DNA from: a virus
Lineage: Duplodnaviria > Caudoviricetes
Length of the DNA stretch: 64,000 bases
Virus record (IMG/VR): IMGVR_UViG_3300029288_000134
Location: 22,177 to 86,176 of that record
Reading direction: 5' to 3' (one strand)
In this document: positions 35,170 through 44,231 of the stretch, piece after piece
Position numbering within the stretch: position 1 is the stretch's first letter
Layout: each line of letters opens with the position of its first letter
Translations under genes and position numbers: made by a program
Notes under the pieces: generated by a model
Databases searched by the model: none
Told to the model about the DNA's origin: nothing
What the model saw: the letters and a program-made list of their open reading frames with translations, nothing else

Positions 35170-35733
35170 ATGAAACTGATCGGCTATTACACCGTCGGCG
35201 CAACCTTATACGCGGTCTTGCTGGACAACAACGGACAAGCCTGGAACGGCACGGCGTTTGAGGCGCTTAATCCGGCAAACTGGACGACGTATAACATTGC
35301 TATGACCGAGGGCGCGGGTGGCTTGTATACCGGGATCGTACCCGCGCTATCTGCTGACAACTATACCTACATTTGTTACAACCAAGCCGGTGTTAATCCT
35401 GCAATAATGGATGATAAGGTGAGTTTCGGCGCATTCTCTTGGGATGGCACCGACGAGGCACTACTTTCCAATCCGGTTACAGTTGGGACGAACAATGACA
35501 AAACGGGCTACAAGCTGGCAAGCGATGGACTAGATAGCGTTAGCATTGTGGCTCCGACTGGCGTGGCGTCTAACTTCCGTGAAATGGTCGTGGCAACGTG
35601 GAGGCGCTTCTATAAGAAAGCCACAATGACCGCGACTGATTTAAAAACTTATGCAGACGATGGAGCGACAGTAGTTACTTCTCAACCGATTACAGATGAC
35701 AATGTTACCCAATCCCAAGGAGCGGCAACATGA
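35170..35733 (+). CDS. putative structural protein
   Basis: T/A/G-rich; within the appendage module. Confidence 0.5.
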   Translation: MKLIGYYTVGATLYAVLLDNNGQAWNGTAFEALNPANWTTYNIAMTEGAGGLYTGIVPALSADNYTYICYNQAGVNPAIMDDKVSFGAFSWDGTDEALLSNPVTVGTNNDKTGYKLASDGLDSVSIVAPTGVASNFREMVVATWRRFYKKATMTATDLKTYADDGATVVTSQPITDDNVTQSQGAAT

Positions 35734-35999
35734 GACTTGTAGCAACTCCAAATAACTCAGTGAACAGTGTTGATAGGGCGATATGGCTTACTATTCCATT
35801 TGATAAAAGTGCAAAAGTAGCTACTACTCCCAGTTGTCGTATTTATGTTGTAGGTCATGATGATCGTATATTTGATGTTCCTGTGGAGAGTCGCACTGTA
35901 AATATTCCATGTGATGATCGTACATATAACGCGCAATACGAGAATCGCACAGTTGAAATTGGATATGATAATCGTACACATAAGGTTACTTGCGAATGA
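35730..35999 (+). CDS. hypothetical protein with short internal R(T/I).V..D.R repeats
   Basis: Coupled ORF; HDDRIF/CDDRTY/YDNRTH. Confidence 0.45.
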   Translation: MRLVATPNNSVNSVDRAIWLTIPFDKSAKVATTPSCRIYVVGHDDRIFDVPVESRTVNIPCDDRTYNAQYENRTVEIGYDNRTHKVTCE

Positions 36000-36274
36000 A
36001 TGGACCATTGCTACCAGCGAAAGATCCATTAGAAATACTGGATTATACAATTGATTGGACAGATTGGCTTGTTGCTGGAGACGAAATAAGCACCAGCGAA
36101 TGGACGATGCCAACTGGACTTACCAATGCAGACGATACTAAAACCACCACGACAACTACGTTGTGGGCAAGCGGTGGCACGGCTGATTCTATTTATGGCC
36201 CATCAAATACAATTGTTACCAAGAATGGTCGTACCGCAAAGCGTAGCATAAACATTCCGGTTCAGGTGTTGTGA
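35990..36274 (+). CDS. fibre-adaptor-like small structural protein
   Basis: KDPLEILDYTIDWTDWL motif, recalled from phage fibre-adaptor proteins. Confidence 0.5.
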   Translation: MRMNGPLLPAKDPLEILDYTIDWTDWLVAGDEISTSEWTMPTGLTNADDTKTTTTTTLWASGGTADSIYGPSNTIVTKNGRTAKRSINIPVQVL

Positions 36275-36822
36275 TGGCTGGTGTAAAAAAAGAGATCGAC
36301 AATATCCCTTGGCTGAAAGGGCAACTGAATAAAGCAAGTGCAGCATTTATTACAAGAGCAATGTTGCCAAGAGTACAATCCGACGTTGTTCCCGTGGTTC
36401 AGAAAGCCTTTAGGTCGGAGGCTCCAAAGGGGGATTACATCCATCCGGGCATGTCCACTCAGCCAGGACACAAGAAATTACAAGATTCCATTACTGCCAA
36501 GGCTACTGTGTCTGGTAGTCGTGTCGTCGTATCCGTGGACGCACCGAAACATGCCAAGTGGATCACTAAAGGTACGCAGCCGCACATGATCCCGACAGAT
36601 TATTGGCAATCATTCTTTGCCGGTGGTCACAGGCTACATTTCTGGTGGCACAAGGAAGGCAGATACTCTAATCCATATCTTGTGTCACATCCAGGAATAG
36701 TAAACCCGAGTGATTTTAATATTCGTGCTGCCAATAAAGCAAGAGCAGATGTCAATAGGCTTCTTATTGTGGCATTGCGAACGCAAATCAGTAGCCAAAT
36801 GAACTTTACAGGTAAACCATAA
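36271..36822 (+). CDS. neck/tail completion protein (HK97 gp10-like)
   Basis: APKG..., LQDSI, HAKWITKGT.PH.I, V.HPG. Confidence 0.6.
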   Translation: MMAGVKKEIDNIPWLKGQLNKASAAFITRAMLPRVQSDVVPVVQKAFRSEAPKGDYIHPGMSTQPGHKKLQDSITAKATVSGSRVVVSVDAPKHAKWITKGTQPHMIPTDYWQSFFAGGHRLHFWWHKEGRYSNPYLVSHPGIVNPSDFNIRAANKARADVNRLLIVALRTQISSQMNFTGKP

Positions 36823-37367
36823 TGCTAGAGAGTCAAGTAAAAAACGCACTATACAATCTAATACATGACAACAAGTTGACTCTTGTATCTGGGCTATCTA
36901 CTCAGGGTAATAATCGCAATCTTAACCAAATTGTTACAGAGCGCTTGGCAATGCCAGAAGAGTATTATTTCGTATCAATTTGGGCGGATCTATCTGCTTT
37001 ATACGAAGAAAGGGGTGGGAATGGTGGAAAAACAATTGGCAGCGAATACGACTGCTTGATAGAAGTAGTAGACTTTGCTATCCCTCAGAGTGGAGAGAAC
37101 GAGCTTTACGGAAAGATGGGTGGAGACTTTGCACTTCTCACTGACAGGATGGCAGCGTTGTTGGTAGATACTTCTGTATATACTAGCGACGATGATATTA
37201 AGTTCAAACTGTCCGAATCACAAGATCCAGCATTCAACAGACGTGTAACCAAGCGTCGTCTAGACACTGTTGCCGGGATGGGTGATGGACAGAGTGGGCC
37301 GTTCTTATATGCTGTACTGGAATTCACATTGGTAAATCAATGCACAGATACCAGTGTGCTTTACTAA
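36822..37367 (+). CDS. probable tail terminator
   Basis: Position immediately before the tail tube; size 181 aa. Confidence 0.45.
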   Translation: MLESQVKNALYNLIHDNKLTLVSGLSTQGNNRNLNQIVTERLAMPEEYYFVSIWADLSALYEERGGNGGKTIGSEYDCLIEVVDFAIPQSGENELYGKMGGDFALLTDRMAALLVDTSVYTSDDDIKFKLSESQDPAFNRRVTKRRLDTVAGMGDGQSGPFLYAVLEFTLVNQCTDTSVLY

Positions 37368-37382
37368 TAAGGAGGAATTAAA

Positions 37383-38018
37383 ATGGGTGCTGCAAGTTAT
37401 GGAACTGTAGGTGCGCCTACTACGGTAAGAGGCTTTTTCGTTAAGCCCGAGTCTCGGGTAAGATGGAAGGGCACTCTAGAAACCACAAGTCATTTGTATG
37501 TTTCGTATGGCACAGGTGCCAGTATTGGGTTTACTGCCGGGACTGGAATTGATCTTGGGTATTTGACAAAGATTCAGTTTACGCACAATCCTGATATTCA
37601 GTTGGTAGATTCTGGGAATACCCTAGCTACGCTGTACGAGCTTCGTGGAGAGAAGACGGAAGTAACTGTTGGGATCAAGCAATTCAGGCCAGAGGTTCTC
37701 AAGGAAGCGTTCGGCTCTGGGCAGCTATACAACCTAAGCACTAACGAGCAGTTGATCACGTTTGGGCAGGGTTGTACTCTTGCTACTTGGCCATTGGTTA
37801 TTGAGTTCTCGAATGTGGACTGTGGTGCTCCGTCTATCAACAACATTGTAAACGGCGTGTCTGGCGGGTTTCTTACTCTATACGCCACATATCTTACATC
37901 AGGAATCGACTGGGACATGGCGTATTCACAATCCAACTCGATTGACCTGAAGTTTACGGCGGTAGTAGATACGACCAAGGCACTTGGCAATAGATTGGGA
38001 AATTTATATCTTTTTTAG
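37383..38018 (+). CDS. major tail tube protein
   Basis: 211 aa, G/T-rich beta protein; strong AAGGAGG RBS; precedes chaperones and tape measure. Confidence 0.7.
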   Translation: MGAASYGTVGAPTTVRGFFVKPESRVRWKGTLETTSHLYVSYGTGASIGFTAGTGIDLGYLTKIQFTHNPDIQLVDSGNTLATLYELRGEKTEVTVGIKQFRPEVLKEAFGSGQLYNLSTNEQLITFGQGCTLATWPLVIEFSNVDCGAPSINNIVNGVSGGFLTLYATYLTSGIDWDMAYSQSNSIDLKFTAVVDTTKALGNRLGNLYLF

Positions 38019-38042
38019 ACCAGAACGATTAATTATAATGAT

Positions 38043-38066
38043 ATACCAATATACCAATATACCAAT
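38043..38066. repeat. 8-bp tandem repeat ataccaat x3
   Basis: Seen directly, upstream of the HNH gene. Confidence 0.85.
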
Positions 38067-38136
38067 ATTGATACATGTTGCGCATTAATGCAAGCTGTGG
38101 TATCTTTCTATGATCTTATAGGGAGGATACTACAAA

Positions 38137-38871
38137 ATGCAAAGAGCTAGTAAGTATGATACAAAAAGAGAGTGCGTTGCAGAAAGGCTTAATTTGGGCC
38201 AGGCAGTTACGCAGATTTCCAGAGAATTAAATATACCACTAGGATCAATGACGTACCTATTGGAAAGATGGAACTTGCTAGATCAACAGTTACATCAAAA
38301 AGGTATTCATTTCACAAAAGATGGTAGCAACTCTGTATCGCGCCAACTCAAAGCTAGGCACGCTGAAACCGGATACATGCTTGGCGACAAACATTGGTCG
38401 CATGGAAAACTTAAATTGTATGGCGAGTGGGTGTCGCACAATGAGGCAAGACTAGCGCTAGCCGAACTTGTTGAACAAGATATGACCATAGCACAAATTG
38501 CTGAAGAGTGCGGCACTGATCACAAAACCATCACAAACTGGCTAACTCGTTTTGATATGCACAAAGGCATTCGGAGTGGCCCTAGATGTTCATGGTTTAA
38601 GGGTGGTCATCAGAAGTATCGTGGACCAGGATGGCTAACATTACGCAAAGATATACTTGAGCGGGATGGATATAAGTGCAGAGTATGTAACGAGACTCAG
38701 GACGAGGCTAGGGAAAAGGGTCATCCATTGAACGTTCATCACATTGTTCCCTGGGAAGTCTCACAAGATAATTCACCTGATAACTTGATTACACTCTGTC
38801 AACCCTGTCACATGCGCGAAGAGTGGTCTAATGGGCGTCATAGCAATGGTAATAACTATCTAACACAATAA
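38137..38871 (+). CDS. free-standing HNH endonuclease with N-terminal HTH domains
   Basis: LRKDILERDGYKCRVC...LNVHHIVP...NSPDNLITLCQPCH; two HTH-like segments. Confidence 0.85.
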   Translation: MQRASKYDTKRECVAERLNLGQAVTQISRELNIPLGSMTYLLERWNLLDQQLHQKGIHFTKDGSNSVSRQLKARHAETGYMLGDKHWSHGKLKLYGEWVSHNEARLALAELVEQDMTIAQIAEECGTDHKTITNWLTRFDMHKGIRSGPRCSWFKGGHQKYRGPGWLTLRKDILERDGYKCRVCNETQDEAREKGHPLNVHHIVPWEVSQDNSPDNLITLCQPCHMREEWSNGRHSNGNNYLTQ

Positions 38872-38872
38872 A

Positions 38873-39391
38873 GTGGAGGGCAATATGTCTGAGAACGAAG
38901 AAGTACAAAAACTAGAAAGTAATGAGATCGTATTGTTCGGCAAGACTAAGCAGCTTCAGCCCTACAAGGGCAAGAGAGCGCGTTTAGTCTTGCCGAAGGT
39001 TGTAACACTTGCATCTGGTTTGATGGAAGTTTCCAATAAGGCGGGCTTCAATCTAGCTGATTTTCTATCCAACAAGACCACTGCCGAACAATGGCTTGCA
39101 GAGAACAAAGACTCTGTGTTTCGGCTTATTGTATTCATATCAACATACTGGCAAGACCGCGCAGATGATATAGAAAGACTCCTGCCATTCCTGTTGCAAG
39201 TAGACGCCAAAGAGCTTGAGAATGATGGAGATCCCATCGAAGTTTATTGGGCAATGTTCAAGGCGCTGAAGTATATGTTCGTAGAAAACATTACTCCAGA
39301 AGCAAAGATTGCAATTGATAGGATCTTCAGGGTAAACCCTACGCAGTCCGGCGAGGATCAGGAGACGACGATCCAGGAAAAACTGGATTAA
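38873..39391 (+). CDS. tail assembly chaperone (gpG-like)
   Basis: Located between tail tube and tape measure; ends at a slippery GGAAAAAC. Confidence 0.7.
   Translation: MEGNMSENEEVQKLESNEIVLFGKTKQLQPYKGKRARLVLPKVVTLASGLMEVSNKAGFNLADFLSNKTTAEQWLAENKDSVFRLIVFISTYWQDRADDIERLLPFLLQVDAKELENDGDPIEVYWAMFKALKYMFVENITPEAKIAIDRIFRVNPTQSGEDQETTIQEKLD
39376..39383 (+). other. probable programmed -1 ribosomal frameshift site (G GAA AAA C)
   Basis: The -1 frame is open from 39379 (KTGLIDYEHTRLVCNHFNVTFDYANNE) into ORF 39460..39807, whose ATG has no RBS. Confidence 0.7.
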
Positions 39392-39459
39392 TTGATTACG
39401 AGCACACTCGTCTAGTCTGCAATCACTTCAATGTCACTTTTGATTATGCCAACAATGAA

Positions 39460-39807
39460 ATGGCATGGCGTGATTGGTGGCCGTGTTTACTCACAGCATT
39501 GATTACTGAAGAGCGACAGGCGAAAGAGCGCTACCTACTTGCCGGAGGCGAACTGAATAAGTGGAAGGCAGTATTTGATATAGATGACTCAGAGATGTCG
39601 CCTGAGGATATTGCTAAAGCTATTACTAGCTTTGCCGGACAAACCGATAAACTTTCTGGCGCTGCCGGGAATATGGATATATTGTTTGAGACTGGTAGGG
39701 CAGAAATGATTGATGTAGTTATAGATGAGCAAGGTAATTACTTTGATGTTCATGGTAATAAGTTGGACATAGAAAAGCTAGGGTACTTTGTCCCGGAGAA
39801 AACATAA
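39460..39807 (+). CDS. C-terminal part of the gpGT-like frameshift chaperone
   Basis: -1 frame relative to 38873..39391; abuts the tape measure start. Confidence 0.65.
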   Translation: MAWRDWWPCLLTALITEERQAKERYLLAGGELNKWKAVFDIDDSEMSPEDIAKAITSFAGQTDKLSGAAGNMDILFETGRAEMIDVVIDEQGNYFDVHGNKLDIEKLGYFVPEKT

Positions 39808-42800
39808 ATGACAAGAGCGACTGAAGCAACTCAACAGCAACTCTTAAAGTACGTTATTCAGTTTGATTCTAATGCAAAGCTCATGGTTCAAGAGCTTAAT
39901 CAAATTAATAACGAAGCTGCAAAGACTGCTACCGCGCTTAACAATGTTACTACTCAAGCAACGAGTATGAATACTGCGCTTCAGTCGTCTCTCCAATCAT
40001 CCGTAGCAAGTCTTCAAAAAATCAGTACACAGATGGGGACCCTGACCTCTTCAATGAATAAGGGTTTCAATACTGTTAATCAAAGCCTGAAGAGCATGGG
40101 TACTACCACTGCTCAAACAGCAGCAAGAACAACAAGCTCCATTCACGGCATTACTAGTGCGGTTACACCTCTTGGCATAGCTACCAACACGGCTAGAACT
40201 GCCATGAATGGATTCTTGGGCACACTAAGTAGAATGCCTATTCTTGGAGCAGTAGTAACTGCCACATTCGCAATAGGGATGTACGAGGCATTACGCAAGG
40301 TTGTCGATGTAATTCTGCAAACCGTATCCGCCTTCGGGACAATGGGCGCATTGTTCCAAAGAATAGACGCTCAGTTTACTGTGTTGTTTGGTACTGTCGA
40401 AAAAGCCGTAGAGATTATCGACTACGCAAGAGTACAAGCATTAAAAACCCCGTTCGATTTCGCCGGACTGCTCGAAGGTATCCGAGTAATGAAGGCTTTT
40501 GGGCTTGAAACAAAGTTCTTCTTTGGAAGGATTGCTGATACTGCCGCTGGCACAGGAAAGTCATTCGATCAAGTAACCCGTGCATTGGGTCTTATTGCTA
40601 GTGGTGCAACTGGTCGTGGTATTTACTATTTGCGACTTCTTGGTTTCAACATGGAAGAAATGGGAATCAAGACAGACTCGGCAGGTAGGGCCATTGGTTC
40701 CACCCAAGAAATTATGACCAAGTTGGTCAAGTTCATTGACACAAAGTACAAGGGTATGTCAGAGGTAATGGCCCGCACGTTCCCTGGTGCCGTACAGAAT
40801 ATGAAGGACGTGTTCGAGCAATTTGCCGGAGCGGTTGGTAAACCCGTACTAGATGAACTTGGATTCCAGTTGAACCGCTTGGTTGACGCTGCTACAAATC
40901 ACTTGCCGCAAATACTAGCAGTTGGCAATGCTATTGGTAACGGTATTGCTAATGCTATTTCATGGATAGATCCTCTAATCAGTGGATTGTTGTACGTAGG
41001 CAGAGTTGCTGTTTCTGTAGCTAATAGTATAGGCGCAGCATTTCAGTCAATCGGCAATTATATTGGATCAATGATCAATAGCATTGTTCCAGGTGCAACT
41101 GGTATGATAGCCAGTGTTGTTCAGCGTATTTTTCCAGGCGCAAAAAGTACAGACATTAAAGCCAAAGAGGGCCAGGAACTTACACCAATCGCAGAGGAAC
41201 TTCTTGCAGAAGAAGCTGCCGGAGCAGGTGGTGGTGGTGGTGGTGGTAGCAAGAAGAAAGGCCCTACCGAGACTGAGAGAATAACGGAGGCAATATACGA
41301 AGAGGCAAAGAGCGCAGTAGACGAAGCTCAAGATGCATTAAGTGCAATGCGCAGGGCGCACGAAGCCGAAACCGACTCAATGAAATCTGCTATAGAGGCT
41401 GCTCAGAGTGCGCGACAGGACGAGATTGACGCTGCCAAGGATCTTCAAGATAGCCTGGAGGAAGCTGCTGATTTAGAGAAGGAAAAGCTAGAAGAGCTTA
41501 AACTTCTGCAAGAAAAAGAAATAGATATTAGACTTGCTCAGATTGGGATAAATCAAGAGCAGTTAGAAGTTGAGTCTGCTCGGGCCGAAGAGAATACTGC
41601 CCGCGCTCAAATTAAGCTAGACAAGATTGGTGACACATCAAAGCGCTACGGTAATAATATTCTTGTCTTTGCAGAACTCAATGCCAATGCAATGATGCGA
41701 TTGGCAAAAGAGCAAGAGGATCAGGTAAGGCTAAAAGAGGCTGCCGCCAAAAGGGTTGAGGCTCAAGTAAAAGCAGAGTTTACATCTGTCCTTGAAGCAC
41801 AAGAAGAAAAGATTAGACTTGCCGAGGCCGAGGTAGATCGTCAAAAGAAAGTTGTAGAAGCACTACAAAAAGCCGATCAACGCATGAAACGAGCAGAAGA
41901 AGCTCGTATGCGTGAATACGAGAATCAATACAGGGTCATAGAACGGGCCGCAGAAGCAAGGCTAGATGCCCTTAGAAATGAGGCGCAAGCCGCACAAAAA
42001 GCTGCCCAGGCTGCAAAAGAGGCCGCTCAAGCGGGTGCTGGCGCTGGTGGCGCTGGCAGTATACGTGGTGGCAAGTTTGTCCCGTGGGCTGAAGAAGAAG
42101 AGACTGCGGCCAGTGGTGGCGGTAAGATTGATGTAATGGCTGATCTTACCCAGAAAGTCACTAATTTTGTAGACGCTCTTAGCAAGATACCTACGGCATG
42201 GAGAATTGTTAAACCAATTCTTGATGGCATAAGGGCTGGTTTTGATGGATTTAAGAAATCACTTGAGCCGCTTCAGCCTATACTAGACGAGTTTATTGAA
42301 AATGGTAGAGGTATAGCGGTAGTGCTTGGTATACTTCTATTTCCAGTGATTGCGCCGATAGTGTTGCTTTTCGCAAAGCTATACCTTGCTATAACATTTG
42401 TCTCCGGCGCATTACCTGGATTAGGCGAGATTATTGTTGGTATCGCACAAGTATTTCTTGGCCTCACTGGAATCATAGAGGGTGTACTGTCCACCCTAGA
42501 GGCATTCTTCCTGAAAATTACTGGTAAGTTTGATGAGTCTGATGCAAGATTGCGAGAAGGACAAGCAAAGTGGCAAAGGGGATGGGATAATCTTGGCTCT
42601 GGTTTACGAGCTACACAGGATGGCATGGCGGATTCCGTCTATGGTGGGTTTGCTAATATATTTACCACCACGGCAGAGATTGTAGCTGGCGATAATGGCG
42701 AGATAGCAAAATTACGCGACGCGATGAGCAGGGAAATCGCCAAGACGCCACAGGATATGGAAAAAGCGCTTTCGAAACACTCATTAGGTACTATTTTCAA

Positions 42801-43839
42801 AGATGCATTCAATCTTGTAGAAAATCCAATCAATAAGATTGCAAGAGATATAGCTACGGAAGCCGGAAAGATACCAGCATCGGTATCAAATGCTATCGGT
42901 GGCGATGGCGGAGTTCAGTCCATCTTTAAAATGGAATTTGTAGATGTAGCAAGTAAGCTGACGGAAGAAGGTGGACCATTTGCAAGTATTCGTTCCGGGA
43001 TTAATACCGAGCTAGAAGGTTTGACCGGAGACGTAGATACCCAAACACGCGCTGCAACCAGCGCAATGAGCGAGGCTTGGCTACAAGAGGAAGATGAATT
43101 AGTTGGACATAGTATCATACCAGATATGATGTCCAAGATAATTAAAACGTTCGCTGATCTTACTGGAGATTTAGCGAGTCCTATTACAAATTTGCGTATT
43201 ACTGTTTACAACGGATTTGTGACTATATACAACGATAGTCTTACTACATTTAACTCATTGTACGATGTACTTGTAGGCCCTGGTGGGATTATTACCAGAT
43301 TATTCAATGATATTAAGCGAATGACTGATATATCGGCAGAAATTTACAAAGACACCAAGGCTAACGCAAAAGCCATGACTGATGGTTGGAACGATGGATA
43401 TGCGGAATTCTCTACTACAATACAACGATTTATAGATAAGATCAACGAGATACCTAAAGATTATATCATTAAGCTAAAGACTGAAACCACCTCATCCGCA
43501 GAAGAGCCAAAGGTAGAAGAATTTGCGACTGGTGGTTATATCTCAGAAACTCAAATCGCCAAGGTTCATAAAGGCGAGATAGTTGTTCCCGCAACAACGG
43601 TACTGGCTCTAACCGAATTCTTGGCATCTGGTTGGCCACAGATTGCCAGTGGGCTTTCCACAATCTCCAAACAATTAGAGGGTGCCATGTTGCTCAGTGG
43701 TGCATATTTACAACCAGCGTCATATAATGCGCGAGATCTTCATGTAAATATTGAGATCAATGGAGCACCGCAACCACAAGCAGTAAGAGATAATCTACTA
43801 CCGGCAATGACTGACTGGTGGGAAGAGATACGTAAATGA
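39808..43839 (+). CDS. tape measure protein
   Basis: 1343 aa, Ala-rich helical; TPFDFAGL motif; coiled coils; GHSIIPDM and FATGG...VHKGEIV motifs. Confidence 0.92.
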   Translation: MTRATEATQQQLLKYVIQFDSNAKLMVQELNQINNEAAKTATALNNVTTQATSMNTALQSSLQSSVASLQKISTQMGTLTSSMNKGFNTVNQSLKSMGTTTAQTAARTTSSIHGITSAVTPLGIATNTARTAMNGFLGTLSRMPILGAVVTATFAIGMYEALRKVVDVILQTVSAFGTMGALFQRIDAQFTVLFGTVEKAVEIIDYARVQALKTPFDFAGLLEGIRVMKAFGLETKFFFGRIADTAAGTGKSFDQVTRALGLIASGATGRGIYYLRLLGFNMEEMGIKTDSAGRAIGSTQEIMTKLVKFIDTKYKGMSEVMARTFPGAVQNMKDVFEQFAGAVGKPVLDELGFQLNRLVDAATNHLPQILAVGNAIGNGIANAISWIDPLISGLLYVGRVAVSVANSIGAAFQSIGNYIGSMINSIVPGATGMIASVVQRIFPGAKSTDIKAKEGQELTPIAEELLAEEAAGAGGGGGGGSKKKGPTETERITEAIYEEAKSAVDEAQDALSAMRRAHEAETDSMKSAIEAAQSARQDEIDAAKDLQDSLEEAADLEKEKLEELKLLQEKEIDIRLAQIGINQEQLEVESARAEENTARAQIKLDKIGDTSKRYGNNILVFAELNANAMMRLAKEQEDQVRLKEAAAKRVEAQVKAEFTSVLEAQEEKIRLAEAEVDRQKKVVEALQKADQRMKRAEEARMREYENQYRVIERAAEARLDALRNEAQAAQKAAQAAKEAAQAGAGAGGAGSIRGGKFVPWAEEEETAASGGGKIDVMADLTQKVTNFVDALSKIPTAWRIVKPILDGIRAGFDGFKKSLEPLQPILDEFIENGRGIAVVLGILLFPVIAPIVLLFAKLYLAITFVSGALPGLGEIIVGIAQVFLGLTGIIEGVLSTLEAFFLKITGKFDESDARLREGQAKWQRGWDNLGSGLRATQDGMADSVYGGFANIFTTTAEIVAGDNGEIAKLRDAMSREIAKTPQDMEKALSKHSLGTIFKDAFNLVENPINKIARDIATEAGKIPASVSNAIGGDGGVQSIFKMEFVDVASKLTEEGGPFASIRSGINTELEGLTGDVDTQTRAATSAMSEAWLQEEDELVGHSIIPDMMSKIIKTFADLTGDLASPITNLRITVYNGFVTIYNDSLTTFNSLYDVLVGPGGIITRLFNDIKRMTDISAEIYKDTKANAKAMTDGWNDGYAEFSTTIQRFIDKINEIPKDYIIKLKTETTSSAEEPKVEEFATGGYISETQIAKVHKGEIVVPATTVLALTEFLASGWPQIASGLSTISKQLEGAMLLSGAYLQPASYNARDLHVNIEINGAPQPQAVRDNLLPAMTDWWEEIRK

Positions 43840-44231
43840 GCGATGCAACGATAGCCGAAAAAGCATATCTTAATGGTAGTGGGGTTCGACTCGACGGAAC
43901 ATACTATGTTTTATTAGGTGGGCCGCAGGGCGTTACCCATACCCCGATAATACCATCATCTAATGCTGCCACGACATATGGCGACATTGACTACCAGAAT
44001 GCAGGACACATAGGCGATACATTGACATTTACGGTTGCCTGTACTTCATGGACGCAGAAAGGTACACTTATAGCCTCTGCTGCTAAAGCCAGTCAGATTG
44101 ATTTCTTGTCTCCGTGGGGCGACCACTTTACCAATGCTGTGTTTACTGCCATAACTGAAGGTAAAATGCGGAGCGACATTGACTCAGCAAATAGATGGAA
44201 TTACACAATAACAATTAAGGCGAAGGTGTAA
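43836..44231 (+). CDS. distal-tail-like small protein
   Basis: Directly after the tape measure; beta-rich, 131 aa. Confidence 0.5.
   Translation: MSDATIAEKAYLNGSGVRLDGTYYVLLGGPQGVTHTPIIPSSNAATTYGDIDYQNAGHIGDTLTFTVACTSWTQKGTLIASAAKASQIDFLSPWGDHFTNAVFTAITEGKMRSDIDSANRWNYTITIKAKV

Noticed and set aside
41227-41247. (GGT)7 microsatellite as a phase-variation site
   Set aside because: An in-frame trinucleotide encoding a poly-Gly linker; slippage would not shift the frame.
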